Source of the DNA: Patescibacteria group bacterium
Lineage (GTDB): Bacteria; Patescibacteriota; Minisyncoccia; Phycocordibacterales; UBA12079
Length of the DNA stretch: 64,000 nucleotides
Assembly: GCA_018817595.1 (NCBI GenBank)
Contig: JAHITU010000007.1
Coordinates: 8,775 to 72,774, forward strand
Reading direction: 5' to 3'
The position numbers were made by a program, and so were the translations under genes. Numbering within the stretch: position 1 is the first letter of the stretch; each line of letters opens with the position of its first letter. Of this stretch, positions 39,906 to 49,334 are shown piece after piece. The notes beneath the pieces are model-generated. The model worked only from the letters and a program-made list of their open reading frames with translations. It had not been told where the DNA came from and ran no database searches.

Positions 39906-40961
39906 ATGTTATTAGATGTAGTAAAAATATTTGTGCCATGGACAGTTTCTTTCTTTATTGGCTTAGCTATTGCTCCTGCCTTAACCCACTACTTATACAA
40001 GCACAAAATGTGGAAAAAGACTTCTGGTAAACAAAAAGGCTTAGGTGGTGGAGGAACTCCTATTTTCAACAAATTACATAAAGAAAAAGACACAGGAACT
40101 CCTAGAATGGGGGGTATTGTTATTTGGATGAGTGTTTTGATTACTATCTTTATATTTTGGTTAATTTCTTGGCTTTACCCAACAGATTTTACTCAAAAAA
40201 TGGACTTTATGAGTCGAGGTCAAACTTGGTTGCCGTTATTTACTTTGATAGCTGGCTCTCTTGTCGGTTTATTTGATGACATTTTAGTTGTTTCAGGAAA
40301 GGGTAAATATATAGCAGGAGGATTATCTCTAAAAGCAAGAATTTTAATTGTCCTATGGATAGGATTAATCGGAGCTTTTTGGTTTTATTTTAAATTAGAT
40401 GTAACCAGTGTACTTATTCCTTTTATTGGGGAATGGTACTTAGGATTATTCTTTATCCCATTTTTTATGTTGGTTATGTTAGCACTTTTTGCTAGTGGGG
40501 TAATAGATGGGATTGATGGTTTATCGGGAGGGGTAATGGGAACTATTTTTTCAGCTTATGCAGGGATAGCTTTTTTTCAAAATCAAATCGACTTGGCCGC
40601 TTTCTGTGCCGTTATAGTAGGAGGAATTTTGGCTTTCCTTTGGTTTAATATTCCACCTGCTCGGTTTTATATGTCAGAAACAGGTATCTTGGGATTAACT
40701 GTAACCTTAACAGTGGTGGCTTTCCTAACAGGACAGGTTTTAGTTTTGCCTATTATTGCATTCCCACTTTTTGCTACAGTTTTAGGAAACATTATCCAAG
40801 TTGCCTCTAAAAAAATCAGAGGTAAAAAAGTATTTTTAGTAGCCCCGATTCATCATCATTTTGAGGCTTTGGGATGGCCTAGTTATAAAGTAGTAATGCG
40901 TTATTGGGTAATCAGTATCATTTTCGCCATTATGGGAATGGTCATTGCTTTGATAGGTTAG
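39906..40961 (+). CDS. mraY: phospho-MurNAc-pentapeptide transferase
   Basis: GTPRMGG, DGIDGL, APIHHHFE. Confidence 0.93.
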   Translation: MLLDVVKIFVPWTVSFFIGLAIAPALTHYLYKHKMWKKTSGKQKGLGGGGTPIFNKLHKEKDTGTPRMGGIVIWMSVLITIFIFWLISWLYPTDFTQKMDFMSRGQTWLPLFTLIAGSLVGLFDDILVVSGKGKYIAGGLSLKARILIVLWIGLIGAFWFYFKLDVTSVLIPFIGEWYLGLFFIPFFMLVMLALFASGVIDGIDGLSGGVMGTIFSAYAGIAFFQNQIDLAAFCAVIVGGILAFLWFNIPPARFYMSETGILGLTVTLTVVAFLTGQVLVLPIIAFPLFATVLGNIIQVASKKIRGKKVFLVAPIHHHFEALGWPSYKVVMRYWVISIIFAIMGMVIALIG

Positions 40962-41176
40962 CGAGTCGAAAGTCAAAAGTCCATAACCTGCCTGCCGGCA
41001 GGCAGGAGTCGAAAGTTAAAAAATTTTAATTTTTCGTCTTTGCGACCCAGCACTTTGTTATAATCATATAAATAAAATTTATTAAAAATAAATAATAATT
41101 GTAAGATAAAAAATAAGTAATTTTATTCAAAGTGCTGGGGAAGCAATCTAGAAAAAGTTTTGATAAAATTTCTATA

Positions 41177-42001
41177 ATGAAAACTAATAAAAAAAATTTA
41201 AAAAAAATAAAGCCAATAATTTTTCAAGAAAAAGAGGTTCGAAGAATTTGGGATGAGAAAAAAGAGGAGTGGTATTTTTCTGTTATTGATATTGTTTCAA
41301 TTCTTACTGAACAAATTGATTTTAAAAAAGCTAAAAGTTATTGGACAACTCTTAAAAAACGATTAAAAGATGAAGGAAGTCAGTTGGTCACAGATTGTGA
41401 CCAACTGAAATTAAAATCTGCCGATGGGAAATTTTATTTAACAGATGTAGCAGACACAAGAACTATTTTTAGATTAGTTCAATCAATTCCTAGTAAAAAA
41501 GCAGAACCTTTTAAGTTATGGTTGGCTAAAGTTGGAAATGAAAGAATAAATGAAATTTATGATCCTGAAATAGCTATTAATCGAGCAATTAAAACATATC
41601 AAAGAAAAGGTTATGACGAAAAATGGATAAACCAAAGATTAAAATCAATTGAAATTAGAAAAGAATTAACTGATGAATGGAATAAACGAGGAGTAACCAA
41701 AGATGTGGAATACGCTATTTTAACTAATGAGATTTTAAAATCTTGGAGTGAGATGAATACTCAAGAATATAAGAAATTTAAGGGTTTAAAGAAAGATTCT
41801 TTGAAAGATAATATGACTAATTTAGAATTAGTTTTAAATATGTTAGCAGAAACTTCTACTACAGAAATTAGTAAGACAGAAAAACCACAAAATTTTAATG
41901 AAAATAAAAAAGTAGCTAAAAAAGGAGGAACTATAGCAAAAAAAGCAAAAATTGAGCTAGAAAAGAAGTTAAAAAGAAAGATATTAAAAGGTAAAAATTA
42001 A
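41177..42001 (+). CDS. Bro-N domain protein
   Basis: VRRIWDE..EEWYFSVIDIV, QSIPSKKAEPFKLWLA; ATG at 41177 (upstream part lies in a repeat). Confidence 0.85.
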   Translation: MKTNKKNLKKIKPIIFQEKEVRRIWDEKKEEWYFSVIDIVSILTEQIDFKKAKSYWTTLKKRLKDEGSQLVTDCDQLKLKSADGKFYLTDVADTRTIFRLVQSIPSKKAEPFKLWLAKVGNERINEIYDPEIAINRAIKTYQRKGYDEKWINQRLKSIEIRKELTDEWNKRGVTKDVEYAILTNEILKSWSEMNTQEYKKFKGLKKDSLKDNMTNLELVLNMLAETSTTEISKTEKPQNFNENKKVAKKGGTIAKKAKIELEKKLKRKILKGKN

Positions 42002-42116
42002 TAAGTGAACAACCTGTGGAAAAAAGAAGATGTTATTGATTTGTTAGCTTGATATCTTTAAAAAAGATTTAAGAAAAAGAGATACAAAAATAAAAAACTT
42101 TGATATAATATTTATT

Positions 42117-42569
42117 ATGGATAAAGAAACAAAAATAAGAAAAGAAGAAAGAGATAATTTCACTATTGTTTTGGAGGGTCTTCGTTCTGATTTCAAAATG
42201 TTTGGAGAGGGTCTTAGTGGTGTTAATGAGAGTCTAGGTAATAAAATAAATGAAGTTAATGAAAATCTAAGTAATAAAATAAATGTAGTTAATGAAAACC
42301 TAAGTAATAGATTAGATCATGTTGCGAAAAAAGTAGACATGAATTTTGAAGAGATTGGAAATATTAAAACAGAATTAAATGAAATAAATAATCATTTAGA
42401 TACTATAGATGGTCGTCTTGATAATATTGAAAAAGAAGTAGTATCTATAAGAAAAGATTTTGATTTTGTGAAAAATGAATTAAATTTAAAAGTTGATATT
42501 GATTATATAAAAGGTATTGAAAAACGATTAGAAAAAGTTGAAAAGCATTTAGAATTAAAAACAGCATAA
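42117..42569 (+). CDS. coiled-coil hypothetical protein with 11-aa tandem repeats
   Basis: VNESLGNKINE/VNENLSNKINV/VNENLSN. Confidence 0.75.
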   Translation: MDKETKIRKEERDNFTIVLEGLRSDFKMFGEGLSGVNESLGNKINEVNENLSNKINVVNENLSNRLDHVAKKVDMNFEEIGNIKTELNEINNHLDTIDGRLDNIEKEVVSIRKDFDFVKNELNLKVDIDYIKGIEKRLEKVEKHLELKTA

Positions 42570-42821
42570 CCTTACTGTCTTCGCGAGGAATAAGTATTTT
42601 TTTTAATTTTTTAAAAAATAAAAAATACTTCTGACGAAGCGAACTATAGTTATAAGTTTCAAAAAATAGGAAAAACCCATCGGGTCACTAGTGAGCTGAT
42701 AGGTTTTTTAATCTTTATTGCAGTTTAAAGGTTTTTTGAACAAGTTATTCACATTTTATGCATTGGTAAAGACAGTCTAAAAAGTTTATAATATAAGCAT
42801 TATAAGTAACAAAAACAAAAA

Positions 42822-45212
42822 ATGGATACAACAATAAGTTTAAATAAAACTTCTTCTTTAAAGAAGATACCTTTTTTGATAGGGGTGGTTCTATCATTTC
42901 TTTTGCCAATTTTTATTATTCCAGCGAATACATATTCTTTTGTTTTAGGAAAAAATGTGATTTTATTTTCATCTGTAGCCTTGCTATTTTTGCTTTGGGT
43001 TATTGAAAGAATTAAAAGCAAGGATTTCTTTTTATCAAAAAATCTTTTGGTAATATCCGCTTACTTGGTGCCTATTTCTTATTTACTATCAGCACTTTTC
43101 TCTGGTTCAATAATGGCTGGGTTGATTGGTTATGGATTTGAAACTAGCACTTTTGTATTTATAGGTTCTCTATTTGTGCTTATGTTTCTTACAGCTAGAG
43201 CCTTCAACAATAAACAGAAAGTGTTATATTTATATACTGGATTAATTTTGTCTTCAGTGATAATGGCGATTGTTCATATCCTAAGATTATTCTTTGGTGC
43301 TGATTTTCTTTCTCTAGGTTTGTTTAATACAACTACCTCAAACTTAATTGGGTCATGGAATGAGTTTAGTTTATTCTTTGGTTTGATTGCCTTGATTTCA
43401 CTTATCGCTAATGAATACTTGGGTAGAGATAAAATGACCAAAATATTAAGTTCAATATTGTTGGTAATTTCATTATTATTTGTTTGGTTAGTTAATTTCA
43501 ATTTAGTTTGGATGTTTTTGATGTTAGCTTCTCTATTCTTGGTTATTTACAGTCTTTTCTTAAATAAAAGACAAGAGGACTCAGTGGATTACAGCAAACT
43601 GTATAAAACACCTGCACCATATGTTTTTGTTATAACTCTACTATTTGTATTCTTACAAGGAACAATAGGAGGAATCTTACCCTCTATGTTCGGAATTTCA
43701 AACTACGAGGTAAGACCTACTATTTCTAGTACATTTTCTATCGCTATATCTAGCTTAAAAACTGATCCTCTATTGGGGGTAGGCCCAACAAAATTTATTA
43801 ATCAGTGGGTAGCTTATAAACCTCAAGGAGTAAATAATACAGAATTCTGGAATACTGATTTTAATACAGGAGCTGGATTTATTTTAACTTCATTAACTAC
43901 AGTTGGTTTACTAGGATTTATCTCTTGGATGTTATTTATTATTTCTTTTATCTATTTAGGTTTCAGATTGTTGAAAAAATCTAGAAATAATCAGTTAGAC
44001 CATTTTGTGGCTTTATCTCTGTTCCTATCAGCTGTATATTTAATCATGTTCTTAGTTTTCTATATTCCAGGGATAGTAATTTTAGGTTTAACTTTCTTGA
44101 TTCTTGGGGTTCTATTATCTTTCTTGAAACAAGATAATTTAGTAAAAGTGAATAAAATTTCTTTACTACATTCAAAATCAAAGTCTATAGGGCTTGTTAC
44201 TACAATGATAATATTCATAGGAGTAAATGGTTTTGGAGGATATTTGTTCACTCAAAAAGTATTGGCTTCTGTTCAATTTAACGAGGGAGTTCTAGCTATC
44301 AATGTTGATAACGATTTTAACAAAGGTTATGAAAAGATAGTTGGAGCAGTAAATAAATACCCTACTGATTTTTATTACAGAAATTTGACCGATTTGAACT
44401 TGATGCAATTACAAAATGTGTTCAATCAAAAAGATGTTTCAGAAGAAGATTTACAAAAACAATTCCAAGATGTATTTTCTGCTACTGTAGGGTCAGCTCA
44501 AAGAGCATTGCAGTTGGATATGAATAATTACCAAAACTGGGTGAACATAGCTAAAGTTTACGGAGCTGTTGTTCCGTTGAAATTAGAAAATTCATACGAG
44601 AGTGCCTTGCAGGCTTATTCAGAAGCCATTAGATTAAATCCTTCTAACCCTTTGTTAGTTTTGAATTTAGCTAATCTAGAAATTGCTAATGAAGACCTAG
44701 AAAAAGCTCGAGAATACATTGGAATTTCAATTCAAATGAAAAATAATTATTCAGATGCTTATTATTTGTTGTCTCAAATAGAATTAAACGCAGGAGATAA
44801 AGAAAAGGCAATTCAAGTGATTGAAGCTTTGGCAAATGTTTCTCCTAATGACCCACAGGTATTCCTACAATTAGGAGCTTTCAATTATGAAGAAAAGGAT
44901 TATGAAAGAGCTCAAGCCTTTCTAGAAAGAGCTGTTATTTTGAATCCTTATTACTCAGATGCTAAATATTTACTAGCCTTAACATACGATGTTATGGGTG
45001 AAAAAGAAAAAGCCCTTGGTCAATTTAGTGACCTAAAAATCTTAAATCCTAATGATGAAAACATAGATGCTATTTTGAAAAATGTAGAAGAGGGAAGAGA
45101 CCCATTCTATGGTTTTGAACAACAGGCATCTGCACCAGCGCCTGCACCTGCTGAGGATGTAACAACAGAAGAAGACAACACAGAAGTACCCGAAGAAGTA
45201 GTTGAAGAATAA
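42822..45212 (+). CDS. polytopic membrane protein (O-antigen-ligase-like) with C-terminal TPRs
   Basis: ~12 TM segments, PLLGVGP motif, TPR-like repeats. Confidence 0.75.
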   Translation: MDTTISLNKTSSLKKIPFLIGVVLSFLLPIFIIPANTYSFVLGKNVILFSSVALLFLLWVIERIKSKDFFLSKNLLVISAYLVPISYLLSALFSGSIMAGLIGYGFETSTFVFIGSLFVLMFLTARAFNNKQKVLYLYTGLILSSVIMAIVHILRLFFGADFLSLGLFNTTTSNLIGSWNEFSLFFGLIALISLIANEYLGRDKMTKILSSILLVISLLFVWLVNFNLVWMFLMLASLFLVIYSLFLNKRQEDSVDYSKLYKTPAPYVFVITLLFVFLQGTIGGILPSMFGISNYEVRPTISSTFSIAISSLKTDPLLGVGPTKFINQWVAYKPQGVNNTEFWNTDFNTGAGFILTSLTTVGLLGFISWMLFIISFIYLGFRLLKKSRNNQLDHFVALSLFLSAVYLIMFLVFYIPGIVILGLTFLILGVLLSFLKQDNLVKVNKISLLHSKSKSIGLVTTMIIFIGVNGFGGYLFTQKVLASVQFNEGVLAINVDNDFNKGYEKIVGAVNKYPTDFYYRNLTDLNLMQLQNVFNQKDVSEEDLQKQFQDVFSATVGSAQRALQLDMNNYQNWVNIAKVYGAVVPLKLENSYESALQAYSEAIRLNPSNPLLVLNLANLEIANEDLEKAREYIGISIQMKNNYSDAYYLLSQIELNAGDKEKAIQVIEALANVSPNDPQVFLQLGAFNYEEKDYERAQAFLERAVILNPYYSDAKYLLALTYDVMGEKEKALGQFSDLKILNPNDENIDAILKNVEEGRDPFYGFEQQASAPAPAPAEDVTTEEDNTEVPEEVVEE

Positions 45213-45232
45213 TCATTTTAATTTAAGAAAAG

Positions 45233-46867
45233 ATGATAAAAAGAGTTTTCAATTTTTTAGATAAAGATATAAGCGGTCTGCATAGGGCCGCTTATGTTTT
45301 GGGTTTTTCAGCCCTTTTATCTCAATTATTAGCTCTGTTAAGGGACAGGATATTAGCCCATACATTTGGAGCTGGGGAAGTTCTCGATATCTATTATTCA
45401 GCTTTTAGAATTCCTGATTTTATTTTTATCACAGTAGCTTCGATTGTTTCTGTTTCTGTTCTAATTCCATTTCTATCACAGGAGAAGAGTGAAGAAAAAG
45501 CCAAGAACTTTATGAATGAAGTTTTTTCGGTTTTCTTTTTTCTGGTTTTAATAATATCTGCTATTACTTTTCTTTTAGTTCCTAAAATAATCCCTTTTGT
45601 TTTCCGAGGTTTTTCTGCTGATGTTTTAGAGCAAGTTATTCTCTTAACCAAGATAATGTTAATGTCTCCAATTCTCTTAGGTTTATCAAATTTCTTTACT
45701 TCTGTTATTCAAACTCAAAAAAAATTCTTTGTTTATGCTCTTAGTCCTTTGCTTTATAACATAGGTATAATTATCGGAATCTTGTGGTTTTACCCTTTGT
45801 GGGGTATTTCTGGGCTTGCCTTTGGGGTTGTAACAGGAGCTTTTCTGCATTTAGTTATTCAATTACCCTCTATTTACAAACTTGGTTTTATTCCTAAATT
45901 CACTTTCAAGATTCACATTAATAAAATAAAGGATTTAATGGCTTTATCTTTGCCTCGAACTCTCGCTGTTTCTGCTAGTTCTTTGGCTATCTTGGTTTTG
46001 ATTTCTATTGCTACTTATATGCGACAAGGTTCCATTGCTATCTTTAACTTTTCTTATGCCTTGCAATCCGTTCCCTTAACTATTATTGGGGTTTCATATA
46101 CTACTGCTGCTTTTCCTATGTTGTCTAAAATATCTAAGGAAAAGAGGGTTGAATTTATGGATCAAATTAGTATAACGGCTCGACATATTTTGTTCTGGAC
46201 TATTCCAGCTCTAGTTTTATTTTTTATATTAAGAGCCCAAATAGTGCGAACTGTTTTAGGCTCAGGAGAATTCACTTGGGTAGATACTCGTTTAACCGCG
46301 GCTTGTTTAGCGATTTTTGCTTTGTCTATTCCGGCTCAATCCTTGATTTTGTTTTTTGTCAGGAGTTATTATGCCGCAGGAATAACCAAGAGACCTGTTT
46401 TGATAAATGTAATTTCTTCAGTTTTTATTATAATTTCAGTTTTTTTGTTCAAATGGATTTTCACAAGCTTACCCATTCTTTTAAATTTGTTTGGCTATCT
46501 ATTAAAGATTCAAGACATTTCAGATATTCAAGTGATTATTTTACCTTTAAGCTTTACTATTGCTACTATTATAAATTTATTTTTGTTATTCTTTTTTATT
46601 CAAAAAGATTTTCAGTATTCATTAAAAGACTTATCACAAACTATTATTCAAATTTCTATTGCTTCAATTTTAATGGGAATAATCGCTTATTTCTCTTTGA
46701 AGATTTGGGATAATGTTTTTGATATCCAAACCCTAATCGGAGTTTTCCTACAAGGACTATTCTCTGGACTAACAGGCATAATTGTTTGGTTGATTACTCT
46801 AAAGTTTTTAGATAACGAAGAAATCAACACTATTATCTATGCAGTAAAAGACAGGGTAGGGAAATAA
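45233..46867 (+). CDS. murJ: lipid II flippase MurJ
   Basis: LLRDRILAHTFGAG, AFRIPD, PLLYNIGII. Confidence 0.9.
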   Translation: MIKRVFNFLDKDISGLHRAAYVLGFSALLSQLLALLRDRILAHTFGAGEVLDIYYSAFRIPDFIFITVASIVSVSVLIPFLSQEKSEEKAKNFMNEVFSVFFFLVLIISAITFLLVPKIIPFVFRGFSADVLEQVILLTKIMLMSPILLGLSNFFTSVIQTQKKFFVYALSPLLYNIGIIIGILWFYPLWGISGLAFGVVTGAFLHLVIQLPSIYKLGFIPKFTFKIHINKIKDLMALSLPRTLAVSASSLAILVLISIATYMRQGSIAIFNFSYALQSVPLTIIGVSYTTAAFPMLSKISKEKRVEFMDQISITARHILFWTIPALVLFFILRAQIVRTVLGSGEFTWVDTRLTAACLAIFALSIPAQSLILFFVRSYYAAGITKRPVLINVISSVFIIISVFLFKWIFTSLPILLNLFGYLLKIQDISDIQVIILPLSFTIATIINLFLLFFFIQKDFQYSLKDLSQTIIQISIASILMGIIAYFSLKIWDNVFDIQTLIGVFLQGLFSGLTGIIVWLITLKFLDNEEINTIIYAVKDRVGK

Positions 46868-46909
46868 ATTTTGCTTTTTTATTTCAAATTGATATAATCC
46901 GAGCTAATT

Positions 46910-47263
46910 GGCTCTATCGTCTAACGGTTATTGGAATTAAAAGCAAATTTCTTTGCTTTTAATCCGGTTCTGAGCGATAGCGAAGAAATGACCGATGTTT
47001 ACGAGGTCATAGGATAAGCCTTCGTTGAAGGCGATGTCTTTGAAATATAGCAGACAATGTTAATTTAAAATATAATATATAGTAATGGCCTTATCGTCTA
47101 ATGGTTATTGGAATTAAAAGCAAATTTCTTTGCTTTTAATCCGGTTCTGAGCGATAGCGAAGAAATGACCGATGTTTACGAGGTCATAGGATAAGCCTTC
47201 GTTGAAGGCGATGTCTTTGAAATATAGTAGACAATGTTAATTTAAAATATAATATATAGTAAT
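46910..47263 (+). repeat. two 177-bp tandem units, each an interrupted tRNA-Glu 5' copy
   Basis: units start at 46910 and 47087 with ggcYYtatcgtctaaYggtta; the real tRNA starts one period later at 47264. Confidence 0.88.
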
Positions 47264-47335
47264 GGCCTTATCGTCTAATGGTTAGGACATCGCCTTCTCA
47301 AGGCGGCAATCCGGGTTCGATTCCCGGTAAGGTCA
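47264..47335 (+). tRNA. tRNA-Glu(CTC)
   Basis: GGCCTTA...TCGCC TT-CTC-AA GGCGG...CCGGG TTCGATT CCCGG TAAGGTC A. Confidence 0.93.
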
Positions 47336-47380
47336 CAAATCAAAAATAACAGTCTTTCTGACTGTTATTTTTTGATTCTA

Positions 47381-47520
47381 GTGAATCTCCTGTGGAGATA
47401 ATCGAAGGTCGGAAGAAAATCCGAGATTTTCTGAGACGGGGTCGAGAACACTTTGTAAAATTTGAGCAAAGCGAAAAATTTTACTTAGTGATTCGTGATC
47501 GATTCCCGGTAAGGTCACAA
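47381..47520 (+). repeat. tRNA-3'-associated structured element (Glu copy)
   Basis: degenerate antisense (gtga...aatcgaa), core gagacggggtcgagaacact...agtgattcgtga, sense copy 47499-47520. Confidence 0.82.
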
Positions 47521-47811
47521 AAAACAAAAACCTACACTTTATCGACCGTCAATAAAGTGTAGGTTTTTGTTTTGTTTTGCAAAAAGTAGGGGTAGCACCC
47601 CTACTTTTTAAATTATAAGATATTGTTGAAAAACTTCATAATTTCTTTATTTTTTCTTTACTGAAACTTCATAATAAATATGTATAAATTTGTAATTAGT
47701 GTGTTCTTACAGAAATGAAAGGAGGTGATATACTATTCTTTTGAGAGTTATCTTAGTAAATATTTTTTCACTAAATTTAAACCTAAATTAAAAAAGACCT
47801 AGGAGGTCAAA

Positions 47812-48246
47812 ATGAAAACTAGAATTAGTTTGATAGTTGGAATTATCTTTTCACTATTGATGTTTGTTGGTGTGAGTTTTTTGCAAGCTGATGTTATTGC
47901 GGCTTATGATACCAATGTAGCCGTTCCTGGTTTAAGTTGGTTGGATCATACTTATGTATGTGTAGATAATTCTTCTAATTGTCGATCTTTTCCAAGTGGA
48001 AGTGCTACAACAGGTGGTTCTGTTGTGACAAGCGGATCTGCTACAGATTCCCAAGTATTAAATTCTTTATGTTATGCTGCGGGTAGTATGACTTATCTTG
48101 TTCAAGGAGTTTGTCATCAACACTCAAACCGTATGTTGTATCCTATTAATAAAGAGTTGGATTCTTCAGTTAATGGATACAGTACTAGTCGTTGGTTATA
48201 TGGTACTTACGGGACAAATTTTTGGTCAATTTACTGTAATTATTGA
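47812..48246 (+). CDS. secreted Cys-rich protein, possible permuted papain-like hydrolase
   Basis: signal peptide, DHTYV...Y..QGVCHQHSNR; aggaggt SD. Confidence 0.6.
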   Translation: MKTRISLIVGIIFSLLMFVGVSFLQADVIAAYDTNVAVPGLSWLDHTYVCVDNSSNCRSFPSGSATTGGSVVTSGSATDSQVLNSLCYAAGSMTYLVQGVCHQHSNRMLYPINKELDSSVNGYSTSRWLYGTYGTNFWSIYCNY

Positions 48247-48281
48247 TATCTTCTAACTTATAATTTATAGGAAAAGAGAAA

Positions 48282-48851
48282 ATGTTTAAAATAAATCAAA
48301 TAGTATTTTTTTCAACAATGTTGTTTGTTATTCTTTTTGGTGGTGTTGCATTTGCTCAAAATCAACAATTAGAAATAAGAGATGGTGAGCTTTATCTTTT
48401 AGAAGGTTTAAAAGAAGATTCCAATATTGTTTTCAGAAGACAATATTACAGAGAACAAACAAGAAGTATTTATGAAAATAAAGAGTTGTTTGAGGATAAA
48501 GAACTTCTTCTTGTTAAAGATTTTAGTTTTGCTATAGATGAAGCTCTGGGAGTTGATTTTCCTACAAAAAAGAAAGAGCTTCTTCAGAAATATCAATACA
48601 ATATGTTAAAACAGAAAACTTCCTTTGATAAACTTTACGAAAACGGTTTATTAGATGAAAAGTTATATTTAAGATTTGTTTCTGATATTTTTGAACAAAG
48701 TTTACATGAATCAGCTTATGTTTTAAATGATGAGGAATTTTTCTTGTTATTTTGTATTAACAAAAATCAAATAGACGGACTTTTTTATGGAATTGCGAAT
48801 ATAGGGCGTCTTGATCATGAAAAGCTTGTTAATGATGAAAGAAAAAAATAA
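48282..48851 (+). CDS. secreted hypothetical protein
   Basis: signal peptide ending AFA; co-oriented with 47812. Confidence 0.65.
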   Translation: MFKINQIVFFSTMLFVILFGGVAFAQNQQLEIRDGELYLLEGLKEDSNIVFRRQYYREQTRSIYENKELFEDKELLLVKDFSFAIDEALGVDFPTKKKELLQKYQYNMLKQKTSFDKLYENGLLDEKLYLRFVSDIFEQSLHESAYVLNDEEFFLLFCINKNQIDGLFYGIANIGRLDHEKLVNDERKK

Positions 48852-48907
48852 AATAAACATTTAATAAATTATTTTTTAACCTCTAGTGTTTGTAACACTA
48901 GAGGTTT

Positions 48908-49273
48908 TTAATCATTTGTAGAAAAACTTAATATAAAGCTCCCAATTATTATGAAAATTAAAGGTATTGTAATCATGACTATACCTATAGGAGATTTTGT
49001 AAATAAAAATAATATATTTTCTATACGAACATTCATAACAATTAAAGCGGATAATCCTGAAAAGATAAATATTTTACCGGCGAGACGAGGACTGTTTTTG
49101 ATAAAAAATAGTGCAATTATTGAAAAAAGTGAAATTATTAAAAATAATATTCCTGTGATAAATTCCTTTGTTTGAACACCCCCAGAAAAAGCATAATAAA
49201 ATAAGCTTTGGAGTGAGAAAATTAAAACACTAAGAATCCCAAATATATATATTAAAAATTTTTTATTTTTCAT
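48908..49273 (-). CDS. 4-TM membrane protein
   Basis: four hydrophobic segments. Confidence 0.65.
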   Translation of the reverse strand: MKNKKFLIYIFGILSVLIFSLQSLFYYAFSGGVQTKEFITGILFLIISLFSIIALFFIKNSPRLAGKIFIFSGLSALIVMNVRIENILFLFTKSPIGIVMITIPLIFIIIGSFILSFSTND

Positions 49274-49334
49274 CTAAATAAATTATAACACACATATAAA
49301 ATAGTTAAATATAATTATGGTATAATAAAATTTA

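Noticed and set aside
46910-47263. Tandem repeat as a CRISPR array
   Set aside because: 177-bp near-identical units without unique spacers, and no cas genes.
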